Shown here piece after piece: positions 28,733 to 37,512 of a stretch of DNA of 64,000 nt. The position numbers and the translations under genes are program-made. How positions within the stretch are numbered: the first letter of the stretch is position 1; each line of letters begins with the position of its first letter. A model generated the notes under the pieces. The model made no database searches. It was not told where the DNA came from and saw nothing but the letters and a program-made list of their open reading frames with translations. The stretch lies in NCBI GenBank assembly GCA_015069325.1, contig SVIV01000001.1, positions 360,052 through 424,051 of the forward strand, in the 5' to 3' direction. The stretch is from Clostridiales bacterium (GTDB taxonomy: Bacteria; Bacillota; Clostridia; Christensenellales; UBA1242).

Positions 28733-29782
28733 TTATTCATCTATATTGTGAATTTTTACTTTATTTGCAACATTTTTTCTCATATCTTCACTAATTGCAG
28801 CATAATGGCGTTTAGTTGTGTTTACATCTCTATGCCCAAGCACATCGGCAACAATATAAATGTCTTTAGTCTCTTTATATAAATTTGTTCCATATGTGCT
28901 TCTTAACTTATGTGGGGAGATATTTTTTAGGGGAGATGCAATTTGAGCAAACTTTTTGACCAAATTTTCCACTGCACGAATAGACAGTCTTTTATTTTGC
29001 AATGAGATGAACATAGCTGTTTCTTCTTCAGGCAAATTTAAAGTGCTTCTCTTTTCAAGCCAAGTTTTTAAAGCGTAAGCAACTTCATTTGAAAAATATA
29101 GCATTGTTCTATTTCCGCCTTTTCTTGTTACAATGAAAGCATTTTCAGAAAAATCGAAACTATCTAAGTTTAATCCAACTAGTTCGGAAATCCGTATGCC
29201 AGTTCCTAAAAATAGGGTAATGATTGCGTTATCTCGTTCAAACGTATTTTTATTGTAGGCTTGTTGTCTTTGCGTAAATTCATATGGAGTTTCAACAGCG
29301 TTAATTAATCGAGAAACTTCTGTTTCGTCAAGACGAATAATTTCTTTATCGTGAATTTTAGGGGTTTGAATTTTGCTAGCCACATTTGAAATTATTAAAT
29401 CGTGATTAAATAGATATTTGAAAAGAGAACGGATAGCGGATAATTTTCGCGCTTTACCTTTTTCATCATTCTTATACATTTTGCCGTCTAATTCATAATA
29501 AGATAAATAAGATAGATATTGCTCTAAATCCTTGGCTTTAAGCAGGTTTAAATCGCTAAGCGTTATTTGATTTGCGTTTTTTTTAAATAAATAGTTGGAT
29601 AAGTAATTGAAAAATATATACAAATCCATTGAATAGTTGTATCGTGTAAGCGAAGATGTGTTGTTTTCAATACCTATAAAATAGTCAAAACAAAAGTCAG
29701 GCAGTTGTGAAGTGTATTTTGCCATTTTCATTCTATTTTGCACATCTCTTTTTTGATAAAAATTCAAACTCTGATTTGCCAT
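28733..29782 (-). CDS. tyrosine-type site-specific recombinase (XerC/XerD/integrase family)
   Basis: 349 aa. SAM-like N-domain (ARKLSAIRSLFKYL). Catalytic residues present: R in GTGIRISEL, HKLRSTYGT (H-x-x-R), LGHRDVNTT, and the RHY tyrosine. Confidence 0.88.
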   Translation of the reverse strand: MANQSLNFYQKRDVQNRMKMAKYTSQLPDFCFDYFIGIENNTSSLTRYNYSMDLYIFFNYLSNYLFKKNANQITLSDLNLLKAKDLEQYLSYLSYYELDGKMYKNDEKGKARKLSAIRSLFKYLFNHDLIISNVASKIQTPKIHDKEIIRLDETEVSRLINAVETPYEFTQRQQAYNKNTFERDNAIITLFLGTGIRISELVGLNLDSFDFSENAFIVTRKGGNRTMLYFSNEVAYALKTWLEKRSTLNLPEEETAMFISLQNKRLSIRAVENLVKKFAQIASPLKNISPHKLRSTYGTNLYKETKDIYIVADVLGHRDVNTTKRHYAAISEDMRKNVANKVKIHNIDE

Positions 29783-29868
29783 AATTATATTATAGATAAG
29801 ATTGTTAAAATTTCCAAATAAAAATCATCGATGGAAGAAGTTTTTGGCAGGTAAAATTACTAAAACAA

Positions 29869-29897
29869 TTGACTATTGCTGGGGATATGATTATAAT
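29869..29897 (+). promoter_or_regulatory. sigma-A promoter of serS
   Basis: TTGACT (29869-29874), 17 nt, TATAAT (29892-29897). No T-box elements fit in the short leader. Confidence 0.7.
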
Positions 29898-29918
29898 TAG
29901 TATTAAGGAGATTTACTT

Positions 29919-31205
29919 ATGATAGATATTAATTTGATTAGAACTAATCCGGAATTAGTAAAGGAAAATATTAGGAAAAAATTTCAAGATTCTAAATTAG
30001 AGCTTGTTGATAATATTGTAGAACTTGATTGTGCGCATAGAAAATTAAAGCAAGAAGGGGATAACCTTAGAGCATTAAGAAATTCTTTAAGTCAAGAAAT
30101 TGGCAAACTTATGAAAGACAAGAGAATTGAAGAGGCGAATGCAATTAAGGCTCAAGTGGTTGCTAATAATGAAAAAATGGCAAAAATTGAAGAAGAAGAA
30201 CAGAGATTAGGAGCAGAAATCAAACATATGATGATGATGATTCCTAATATTATTGATGATTCTGTCCCAATCGGCAAAGATGATAGCGAAAACGTTGAAA
30301 TTCAAAAATACGGAGATCCTGTTATCCCAGAATATGAAATTCCTTATCACGCAGATATTCTTAACGGTTTTGATGCACTAGATAAAGAAAGTGCAGGGAG
30401 AACAAGTGGGAATGGATTTTATTATCTTTTAGGTAATGGAGCAAGACTTGTAAGTGCTATGTTAAGTTATGCTCGAGATTTTATGATTGAAAGAGGATTT
30501 ATTTATGCACTTCCTCCTTTTATGATTAGAAGTGATGTTGTCAATGGCGTTATGAGCTTTGCGGAAATGGACGCAATGATGTATAAAATTGAAGGGGAAG
30601 ATTTGTATTTAATCGGAACAAGTGAACATTCAATGATCGGTAGATTTAAAGACCAAATTGTGAAAGAACAACAACTTCCAATTAAAATGACTTCTTACAG
30701 TCCTTGTTTTAGAAAAGAAGTAGGTGCACACGGAATTGAAGAACGAGGAATTTATAGAGTTCACCAATTTGAAAAGCAGGAAATGGTTGTCCTTTGCAAG
30801 CCTGAAGAAAGTATGGAATGGTATAATAAGATGTGGAATTATTCAGTTGAATTATTCAGAAGTCTTGATATTCCAGTTCGCACTCTTGAATGTTGCAGTG
30901 GCGACTTGGCAGACTTAAAGGTAAAAAGTTGTGATATTGAAGCTTGGAGTCCAAGACAGAAAAAATATTTTGAAGTATGCTCTTGCTCTACTTTAGGAGA
31001 TGCTCAAGCAAGACGTTTAGGAATAAGGGCAAAAGGTGAAAAGGGGACTTACTATGTTCACACGCTAAATAATACAGTTCTCGCTAGCACAAGAGCGCTT
31101 ATTGCACTTCTTGAAAACAATTATAATGAAGATGGCAGTGTAAATGTGCCTAAAGCTTTAAGACCATATATGGGTGGAATAGAAAGAATTTATCCAAATA
31201 AATAA
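29919..31205 (+). CDS. serS: seryl-tRNA synthetase
   Basis: 428 aa. N-terminal coiled-coil arm, class II core (FRKEVGAHG, RVHQFEKQE, LNNTVLASTRALIALLEN). Confidence 0.95.
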   Translation: MIDINLIRTNPELVKENIRKKFQDSKLELVDNIVELDCAHRKLKQEGDNLRALRNSLSQEIGKLMKDKRIEEANAIKAQVVANNEKMAKIEEEEQRLGAEIKHMMMMIPNIIDDSVPIGKDDSENVEIQKYGDPVIPEYEIPYHADILNGFDALDKESAGRTSGNGFYYLLGNGARLVSAMLSYARDFMIERGFIYALPPFMIRSDVVNGVMSFAEMDAMMYKIEGEDLYLIGTSEHSMIGRFKDQIVKEQQLPIKMTSYSPCFRKEVGAHGIEERGIYRVHQFEKQEMVVLCKPEESMEWYNKMWNYSVELFRSLDIPVRTLECCSGDLADLKVKSCDIEAWSPRQKKYFEVCSCSTLGDAQARRLGIRAKGEKGTYYVHTLNNTVLASTRALIALLENNYNEDGSVNVPKALRPYMGGIERIYPNK

Positions 31206-31220
31206 TAAGTAGGGGAGTTT

Positions 31221-32201
31221 ATGGCAAAAATTTCAATTTCTAAAGATTTGATTTTATCAATAGTAAATAAAAACAATAAAACCTATGTTAAAAGTATAAC
31301 AGATAAAGTTAATGAGTTGTTAACAGCATCTATTGATAATTTGGCGTCTCAAGTGTCATATATTTCTTTAGAAAATGTTGTATTACAGCCTGTTAACGAA
31401 CTTTTTAACGATTCTATGGTTGATGGTTCAGAATTTGTTTATATTTTAGGTGTCGAAAATGCTCAATTAGACCTAAATTCAGCAAAAAAATCAAAATTTT
31501 GGGAAATTCTGAAGACAAAAGCTAAAATTGCGTGGCAAAATCGTAAATTTTTTAAAAAAAGGAAACGCAAGAAGAAAAAAGCGTCAACTGAAATAGATTA
31601 TTTAAATATTCAGTTTGATCCAGGTAAATATACAGTTTATAGTTTGACCGAAGATTTGCAACGTTGTATTTGTCAATATTTATCTCCAACGAGTATTGTT
31701 TATCAGGGGAATAATAAGCTGGAAATTATAGGAAAAGAAGATTTTGGACCAAATGTTAAAATTGTGATTTACTTAGTAAGTTTGGTTAATAAAGAATTTA
31801 AATATTATACAGGTAATAGAAGAGATCCATTTGTTAATCTCAGCATAGATACTCGTTATAAAAAGCTTAAGGAAAAGAAAAAAACAGCTGGCAAAAACTT
31901 CATAAAAACAATGAAAGTTTTTAATGCATTATATTATAATGCAAATGGTCGTATGCCAAATCAGTTGTTTATGGAAAGTGTTTTGTATAGTTGTCCTGAT
32001 GAACTTTTTGCAGGCGAAGATGTTTATAAGGTATTTTTAAAAATAGTTAATTTTATCTCAGTAAAAACTATTAGAAAAATTCCATCAATTTTAGATGAAC
32101 GACAAACGGTTTGTGAAGACAAACGTTGTGGAGATAGCGGAATAGGATTTAATAGAATACTGTCATCTGTTATGACGTTTGAAGAAAATCAAATAGACTA
32201 G
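31221..32201 (+). CDS. hypothetical protein, possibly a degenerate nucleotidyltransferase-fold (OAS/CD-NTase-like) protein
   Basis: 326 aa, starts 15 nt after serS. DGSEFVYILGVEN and VKIVIYLV occupy the positions of NTase G-S/DxD and third-acid strands but lack the acids. C-terminal NQLFMESVLYSCPDELF resembles the helix conserved in that superfamily. Lys-rich insert KKRKRKKKK. Confidence 0.3.
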   Translation: MAKISISKDLILSIVNKNNKTYVKSITDKVNELLTASIDNLASQVSYISLENVVLQPVNELFNDSMVDGSEFVYILGVENAQLDLNSAKKSKFWEILKTKAKIAWQNRKFFKKRKRKKKKASTEIDYLNIQFDPGKYTVYSLTEDLQRCICQYLSPTSIVYQGNNKLEIIGKEDFGPNVKIVIYLVSLVNKEFKYYTGNRRDPFVNLSIDTRYKKLKEKKKTAGKNFIKTMKVFNALYYNANGRMPNQLFMESVLYSCPDELFAGEDVYKVFLKIVNFISVKTIRKIPSILDERQTVCEDKRCGDSGIGFNRILSSVMTFEENQID

Positions 32202-32253
32202 TATGCAAAACATTTAATATTAGTGTATAAAAAACAACTATTAAACAATATTA

Positions 32254-32281
32254 ATAATATTAAAAAATAATATTAAAAAAT
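32254..32281. repeat. tandem AT-rich direct repeat (2 x 14 nt)
   Basis: ATAATATTAAAAA(A) repeated back to back. Confidence 0.6.
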
Positions 32282-32304
32282 AACAAAATAGTTAAACAAA
32301 TAAC

Positions 32305-32377
32305 GCTAGCATTATTGTTCTATTCGTAAAACTTGTGTTTTACGCAGAGATATAGGTGTTGACAAATGCTAGCTTTT
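32305..32377 (+). terminator. two-tier stem-loop with T-tract (probable terminator of the serS operon, or a structured RNA)
   Basis: Outer 9-bp stem GCTAGCATT / AATGCTAGC (32305-13 / 32365-73) encloses a perfect 8-bp hairpin CGTAAAAC-TTGT-GTTTTACG (32325-32344), followed by TTTT. Confidence 0.5.
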
Positions 32378-32583
32378 ATTATTTCTCCTACCAGAATATA
32401 ATAAAAATATCGGTGTTTTGATCGCATTTTTCTATGATTTTATAAGATTGTCGATATAAATTGACGGCATATTCACCATTTTTATGTTTAAAATGTTGTC
32501 AAAGTTGATATCTTGGTGTGTTTTACCCTTTTTATAAGTTATTTTGGAATATGTTATCGTTTGACTCCCCTTTTTTGAACTAG

Positions 32584-32596
32584 TATGCAATGCATA
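32584..32596. promoter_or_regulatory. perfect palindrome TATGCA-A-TGCATA, candidate PadR operator
   Basis: A 6+1+6 inverted repeat about 40 nt upstream of the padR-like promoter's -35. Half-site TATGCA recurs in the promoter spacer (32651-32656). It overlaps ACTAGTATG copy 5. Confidence 0.4.
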
Positions 32597-32633
32597 ATAG
32601 ATGAAATAATTGTTGTATTTCATCTATTTTTAT

Positions 32634-32663
32634 TTGACTTTCCCCTTTTGTATGCACTATAAT
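32634..32663 (+). promoter_or_regulatory. sigma-A type promoter of the PadR-fusion gene
   Basis: TTGACT (32634-32639), 18 nt, TATAAT (32658-32663). A near-duplicate TTGACTCCCCTTTT module lies at 32561-32576. Confidence 0.6.
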
Positions 32664-32685
32664 TTACTTATAAGAGGGTTTAAGT

Positions 32686-34362
32686 ATGGATCTTTATGCA
32701 AAAGGACAATTGTCATATTTGATTTTGACTTGTATGCAAGAGCGTGATTTTTATGGTCTTGATATTATAAGCGCAATATCTGAAAAAAGTGGTGGAAGAA
32801 TCAATTTAAAAAAACCTAGTGTTTATTCCAACTTGACAAGAATGGAAAAACAGGGATATATTTCGTCTTATCTACGAAGTAGTGATTTTGGCCCAAACCG
32901 CAAATATTACTCTTTAACAGAACAAGGAAGGGATTTTTATCAAGAACTAAAAGCATACTTTGATAGAAATCATATTGATGTTTTTCAGGTGTTTAGCGAT
33001 GAAAATGCGACTAATATAGAAACAGAATCATTCTTTGCAGGCTCTTCAACTGATAAAATTGAAGATGTGATAATTGAAGAAGACATTACTCCGCAGGCGG
33101 AAAAAGCAGAAGAAGATTATTTTGATTTATCCTTTTCTGACGATTCTGATAAAGAAGAAACCTTAGAAATGGTTGACGTTGAAACAAATCAATTTGCTGT
33201 TGATGAAAAAGAAGACAGCATAGCAAAAGCTTCTGAATCCCCTACTCCACAACCTTATGCTTTTTCAATAAAACAAGCATTAACCCGCAAAGACGAGCCT
33301 GAAGAACTTGCACAAAATAAAAAAGATGATGCTGTGTTTTTAACGCAAAAACAAACTGATGATTATAATAGAAAAATCTATGACATTTCTAAGGATATCA
33401 ATAAATATAAGAAAAAACGAAGTTTTGCTGAAGAGCAAATTTCAATGGCAACTACCATTCCTTTGGCAAAATCGCAAGATAAAGCAAAAACCAACATAGA
33501 AGACTTTAAGAATGCGTTGATGGAAAATAGAAATAAACATCAAGATGGCAGAATGGATCAAGAAACATTTCTTCGTCAGATGAGTGGATATCGAAAAGAT
33601 GTTAAAAATGAACAAGTAAAAGAAGTTGAAGAAGAATTGAAAAATGATGCAGTTTTTATAACCAATAGAGTTGATGAAAATTCTATTGAAAGAGCAAAGA
33701 AAATTGCACCACCAAGTTTACAAATAGTATCGGAAAACACAAAAGAAACAAAACTACCTGCACCAAACAGAGATGCAACAATTGACCCTTGTCATAAGGA
33801 GATATTATCACAATTGTATTCTCGCACGAGAGATCAAGCGCAATCATTCAGAGAAGATTCTTTATATGATTTTGATGATCTAAAAGATTATTATAATGCT
33901 CAAAATATTGCGTTTAATACTTACAAAAAGCCAGCTCGAAAAATAAAACATAATACAAATAAATTGTATATGATTATTAGTATAATTACATTTTTAATTG
34001 CAGTCTCTTTTTCTGCTATAAGTTATTTAGTATTTAGAGAAAAAGGATTGTTGAATGTTAATACGGATTTTCTATATATACTCTGCCCTGCTCTATTAAT
34101 GATTGACGTTGTTTATCGAATTTTTAAATTTAAACAATCTCGTGGTTGGCTACCAAAAAAGATGCGATCATCGTGGCTTGTATGGTTTACTTTGATATTC
34201 GTTAGTTGTGGTATTATAGGTTTAAATTTTGCATTTGGGCTTTTAAATGGACCATTTTCTATTTTTGTTAATACATTAATATTACCTATTATTACAGCAA
34301 TATCTGTTTTCCCAATTAAATATTACATTAAAAAAATAGTAATAGTGAAACATTGGCGATAA
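32686..34362 (+). CDS. membrane-anchored PadR-family transcriptional regulator (PadR wHTH + long charged linker + C-terminal multi-TM domain)
   Basis: N-terminus LSYLILTCMQERDFYGLDIISAI...PSVYSNLTRMEKQGYISS...RKYYSLTEQG is a PadR winged helix. About 300 aa of acidic/lysine-rich low complexity follow, then 4-5 hydrophobic helices at residues about 430-550. Confidence 0.8.
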   Translation: MDLYAKGQLSYLILTCMQERDFYGLDIISAISEKSGGRINLKKPSVYSNLTRMEKQGYISSYLRSSDFGPNRKYYSLTEQGRDFYQELKAYFDRNHIDVFQVFSDENATNIETESFFAGSSTDKIEDVIIEEDITPQAEKAEEDYFDLSFSDDSDKEETLEMVDVETNQFAVDEKEDSIAKASESPTPQPYAFSIKQALTRKDEPEELAQNKKDDAVFLTQKQTDDYNRKIYDISKDINKYKKKRSFAEEQISMATTIPLAKSQDKAKTNIEDFKNALMENRNKHQDGRMDQETFLRQMSGYRKDVKNEQVKEVEEELKNDAVFITNRVDENSIERAKKIAPPSLQIVSENTKETKLPAPNRDATIDPCHKEILSQLYSRTRDQAQSFREDSLYDFDDLKDYYNAQNIAFNTYKKPARKIKHNTNKLYMIISIITFLIAVSFSAISYLVFREKGLLNVNTDFLYILCPALLMIDVVYRIFKFKQSRGWLPKKMRSSWLVWFTLIFVSCGIIGLNFAFGLLNGPFSIFVNTLILPIITAISVFPIKYYIKKIVIVKHWR

Positions 34363-34390
34363 AAAATCAGGGTTTTACCCTGATTTTTTG
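34361..34390. terminator. bidirectional terminator between convergent genes
   Basis: A-run, TCAGGG-TTTTA-CCCTGA hairpin, T-run. Confidence 0.65.
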
Positions 34391-34971
34391 TTTTGTTTAA
34401 AAAATTGTAATAAAAAATCAATTAGTAAGAATAAAAGTATAATAATAATTGAAATGATAAATATATATGATATCCAATTATTAAAAAGTGAGCAAAATAT
34501 AGTAATGATGGTGCTAGAGATTAAAGCTCCAACAGAAATTGATAAAAAGGCATAGTGTATATTTAAATTGCTTAATCCGCTTATTAAACTCCCCGTCCAT
34601 ACACCCGTTAAAGGTATAGGCACTGCTACCAAGCCTGTTAGTGCAAGATATTTGTGAATATCTCTTTTGTAATTTATTTTAACACTCTTGATAACATACT
34701 TTTGAAAGAAACGTGAGTGCAACATTAATGAAGTATGTTTTTTTATTCTCCGCGCAATAATCATTATTATATAACAGGGAATTATGCTACCAAGAAAAGC
34801 AAGCAAAAAACAACTAATGCTTGATAGGGCCTGTTCTCCCCAAATTGCGACATTCATTCCTAGGGGTATTGCAATTTTGCTTTCCAAGGTAGGAATCATT
34901 GAGATAATAATCACCGCAATCCACACGCACTCAGAGAAATTATCAATAAAAAATTCAGTTATGATATTCAT
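34375..34971 (-). CDS. small integral membrane protein (putative small multidrug-export / COG2426-like)
   Basis: 198 aa, 5-6 TM helices. The ESKIAIPLGM motif near the N-terminus is typical of that family as I recall it. Confidence 0.5.
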   Translation of the reverse strand: MNIITEFFIDNFSECVWIAVIIISMIPTLESKIAIPLGMNVAIWGEQALSSISCFLLAFLGSIIPCYIIMIIARRIKKHTSLMLHSRFFQKYVIKSVKINYKRDIHKYLALTGLVAVPIPLTGVWTGSLISGLSNLNIHYAFLSISVGALISSTIITIFCSLFNNWISYIFIISIIIILLFLLIDFLLQFFKQNKKSG

Positions 34972-35129
34972 ATAGTAAATATATAAAAGAGTTTTAAAGA
35001 TTATGATATTTTTTAGTCATTAAAATGATAATAGGAACATTTGTAGAGTTTTGTATACTTAATTTATATCAAAAAATAATAAAAGTATGTTATAATAATA
35101 TTAGAAATTAAAAAGGAGTATAATAAAAA

Positions 35130-35735
35130 ATGGATTATAAGAAAATTGGCAATTTTATAATGAATGAAAGAAAGGCTAAAAAATTAACTCAATCTGGATT
35201 GGCACAGCTTCTTTATGTAAGCGAAAAGACAATTTCAAAGTGGGAAAATGGTAAAGGCCTTCCGGATACAAATACGCTCCCTAAATTATGTGAAATTTTT
35301 AATATTAGTATAAACGAACTTTTAAATGGGGAAAGATTAGTAGAAGATAACAATAATCTAAAGAATGAACAACTTTTGATTAATATGGCAAACGAAATAA
35401 CTCAGAAAAATAAAATTATTTGGACATCTATGTGGGTAATAATGATTGCAAGTATAACTGCATTGTTGGCTGGAGTTTGCATTGCAGCCTTCTTAATTCC
35501 TGAAGGAGTTTGGCAAATTATAACGATTATTGGGTTTTGTGTTGTGTTTTTAATCCCTTGTTTTTATGCATTGAAGCTTGAAGTGAGTGTTGGTGCATAC
35601 AAATGTAAAAATTGTGGTTTTGAAATTGTGCCAACTTATACACAAGCACTTAATGCAATGCATAAAGGGACCACTCGATACTTGAAATGTCCTAATTGTC
35701 ATAAACGCACTTGGTGCAAAAAAGTCTTAAAATAA
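35130..35735 (+). CDS. XRE-family HTH regulator with two TM helices and a C-terminal zinc ribbon
   Basis: HTH_3: LTQSGLAQLLYVSEKTISKWENGKGLPD. TM helices at about residues 97-150. C-terminal CKNCG...CPNCHK (C-x2-C...C-x2-H/C). Confidence 0.8.
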   Translation: MDYKKIGNFIMNERKAKKLTQSGLAQLLYVSEKTISKWENGKGLPDTNTLPKLCEIFNISINELLNGERLVEDNNNLKNEQLLINMANEITQKNKIIWTSMWVIMIASITALLAGVCIAAFLIPEGVWQIITIIGFCVVFLIPCFYALKLEVSVGAYKCKNCGFEIVPTYTQALNAMHKGTTRYLKCPNCHKRTWCKKVLK

Positions 35736-35737
35736 AC

Positions 35738-35770
35738 AAAAAACTTTATCGAATTGATAAAGTTTTTTTG
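35738..35770. terminator. bidirectional terminator between the XRE gene and rny
   Basis: 10-bp stem AAACTTTATC / GATAAAGTTT flanked by an A-run and a T-run. Confidence 0.7.
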
Positions 35771-35773
35771 TAA

Positions 35774-37363
35774 TTATTTTGCTGTTTCAGTAAAACGATT
35801 TTCTCGTATTACTACTACTTTGATTTGTCCAGGATATTGCATATCTTGTTCAATCTTTTTAGCAATATCTTTTACAAGGAATACTGCATCACTGTCTGTA
35901 ATTTGATTTGGTTTTACAATAATGCGAACTTCCCTGCCCGCTTGAATAGCATAAGATTTTTCAACACCTTTAAATTCATTACAAATTGTTTCAAGTTGTT
36001 GTAAACGTTTAATGTAATTTTCAAGGTTTTCTCTTCTTGCGCCAGGTCTAGAACTTGAAATTGCATCAGCTACTTGAACAATAATTGCTTCAACAGACGC
36101 AAATGGAACTTCTCCGTGGTGAGCGTGAATACAATGAATAACCGCTTCAGATTCCTTATATTTTCTTGCTAAGTCGATACCTATAGCTACGTGTGTGCCT
36201 TCAATTTCGTGGTCAAGTGCTTTACCTATATCGTGTAAGAATCCGCCGCGTTTTGCAACTTGCACATTTGCACCAAGTTCAGTTGCAAGAAGTCCTGCAA
36301 TAATTGAAGTTTCAATGCTGTGCTTTAAACAATTTTGTCCATAACTTGTTCTGTATTTTAATCTACCAATAATTTTAATAAGCTCTGGATTTAAGTTGTA
36401 AATTCCAACATCGTTGCAAGCATTTTCTCCTGCTTCTTTAATAATTTTATCAACATCGTGAGTAGCTTTTTCAACAAGTTCTTCAATTCTTGATGGATGA
36501 ATTCTGCCATCAACAATAAGTTTTTCTAAGCTTAATCTAGCAATTTCTCTGCGAATAGGGTCAAAACTTGAGATTGTAATTGTTTCAGGAGTATCGTCAA
36601 CAATAAGTTCTACGCCTGTTGCGGATTCAATAGAACGGATATTTCGTCCTTCCCTACCAATAATTCTACCCTTCATTTCGTCGCTTGGAAGAGCTACCGA
36701 TGAAATTGTCATTTCAGATGAAAGGTCAGTAGCACATTTTTGAATTGCACCGACAACTATATCAGTTGCGATTTTGTCAGCCCTTTCTTTTGCATCATCT
36801 TCAATTTGTTTTACTAAAATTCCGGCGTCTTTCTTTGCTTCTTCTGTTACACTTTCAATTAAGATATCTTTTGCTTCCTTTTTAGAGAGTCCAGAAATTT
36901 TTTCTAATTTTTCAAGCATTTGTTCTTTAATAACATTTTGTTCTTCAATGGCTTGAGCAAGTTTTACCTTTTCATTTTCAAGACCGGCTTTATCGTTATC
37001 AAGTTGTTCAATTTTGCTATCAAGTAGTGTTTCTTTTTTAGTGAGATATTCTTCTCTTTGGTCAAGACGTTCTTCTTGTTTTTGAAGTTCACCCCTACGT
37101 TCTTTTGCTTCTAAGCTCGCTTCTTCTTTAATTTTTTGCGCTTCTTCTTTGGCTTCAAGAACGGATTCTTTCTTTATGCTTTTTGCCTCTGCATACGCCT
37201 CTTCAATAATCTTTACAGCATTAGATTTACTGTTCCCAATTTTTTTACTTAAGAGTATTTTATAAACGAACGCACCTGCTACAATCCCAAGGACAAGTGC
37301 GAGAACGCCACTAACAACTCCGGCGGTTACAGCAGCATTGCATAATAAATTAATACTGCTCAT
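35774..37363 (-). CDS. rny: ribonuclease Y
   Basis: N-terminal TM, coiled coil, KH domain (GRIIGREGRNIR), HD domain (LLHDIGKA...HH). Confidence 0.96.
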   Translation of the reverse strand: MSSINLLCNAAVTAGVVSGVLALVLGIVAGAFVYKILLSKKIGNSKSNAVKIIEEAYAEAKSIKKESVLEAKEEAQKIKEEASLEAKERRGELQKQEERLDQREEYLTKKETLLDSKIEQLDNDKAGLENEKVKLAQAIEEQNVIKEQMLEKLEKISGLSKKEAKDILIESVTEEAKKDAGILVKQIEDDAKERADKIATDIVVGAIQKCATDLSSEMTISSVALPSDEMKGRIIGREGRNIRSIESATGVELIVDDTPETITISSFDPIRREIARLSLEKLIVDGRIHPSRIEELVEKATHDVDKIIKEAGENACNDVGIYNLNPELIKIIGRLKYRTSYGQNCLKHSIETSIIAGLLATELGANVQVAKRGGFLHDIGKALDHEIEGTHVAIGIDLARKYKESEAVIHCIHAHHGEVPFASVEAIIVQVADAISSSRPGARRENLENYIKRLQQLETICNEFKGVEKSYAIQAGREVRIIVKPNQITDSDAVFLVKDIAKKIEQDMQYPGQIKVVVIRENRFTETAK

Positions 37364-37401
37364 AATTTCCCCTTTTAATGATAGACTACCCTATCACAAA
37401 A

Positions 37402-37430
37402 AGTATATAACAAAATAGAGCAAATGTCAA
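37402..37430 (-). promoter_or_regulatory. sigma-A promoter of rny
   Basis: Minus strand: TTGACA (37430-37425), 17 nt, TATACT (37407-37402). Confidence 0.65.
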
Positions 37431-37512
37431 ATAATTTAATAAAAATAAAAAGACTTTTATATAAAAATAAAGTATTGCTTATATTCTATTTTTTATAAAA
37501 GTCTAATGTTTT

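Noticed and set aside
28733-29782. Recombinase as marker of a prophage or integrative element
   Set aside because: It is flanked by spoIVB and serS, each with its own promoter or terminator. There are no phage, conjugation or transposition genes, no adjacent tRNA, and no direct or inverted repeats that I could find. It is called a stand-alone recombinase only.
32221-32300. AT-rich repeats (AATATTAATAATATTAAAAAATAATATTAAAAAATAAC) as a possible CRISPR or satellite
   Set aside because: There are only two 14-nt units, with no spacers and no cas genes. It is low-complexity AT-rich sequence.
32432-32623. 63-aa minus-strand ORF in the long spacer upstream of the PadR-fusion gene
   Set aside because: The only SD-like sequence (GGGGAAAG) ends about 14 nt from the ATG. 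The predicted peptide is low-complexity K/Y/N-rich, neither hydrophobic nor toxin-like. The ORF overlaps promoter- and operator-like repeats on the other strand. Coding is not excluded but is unsupported.
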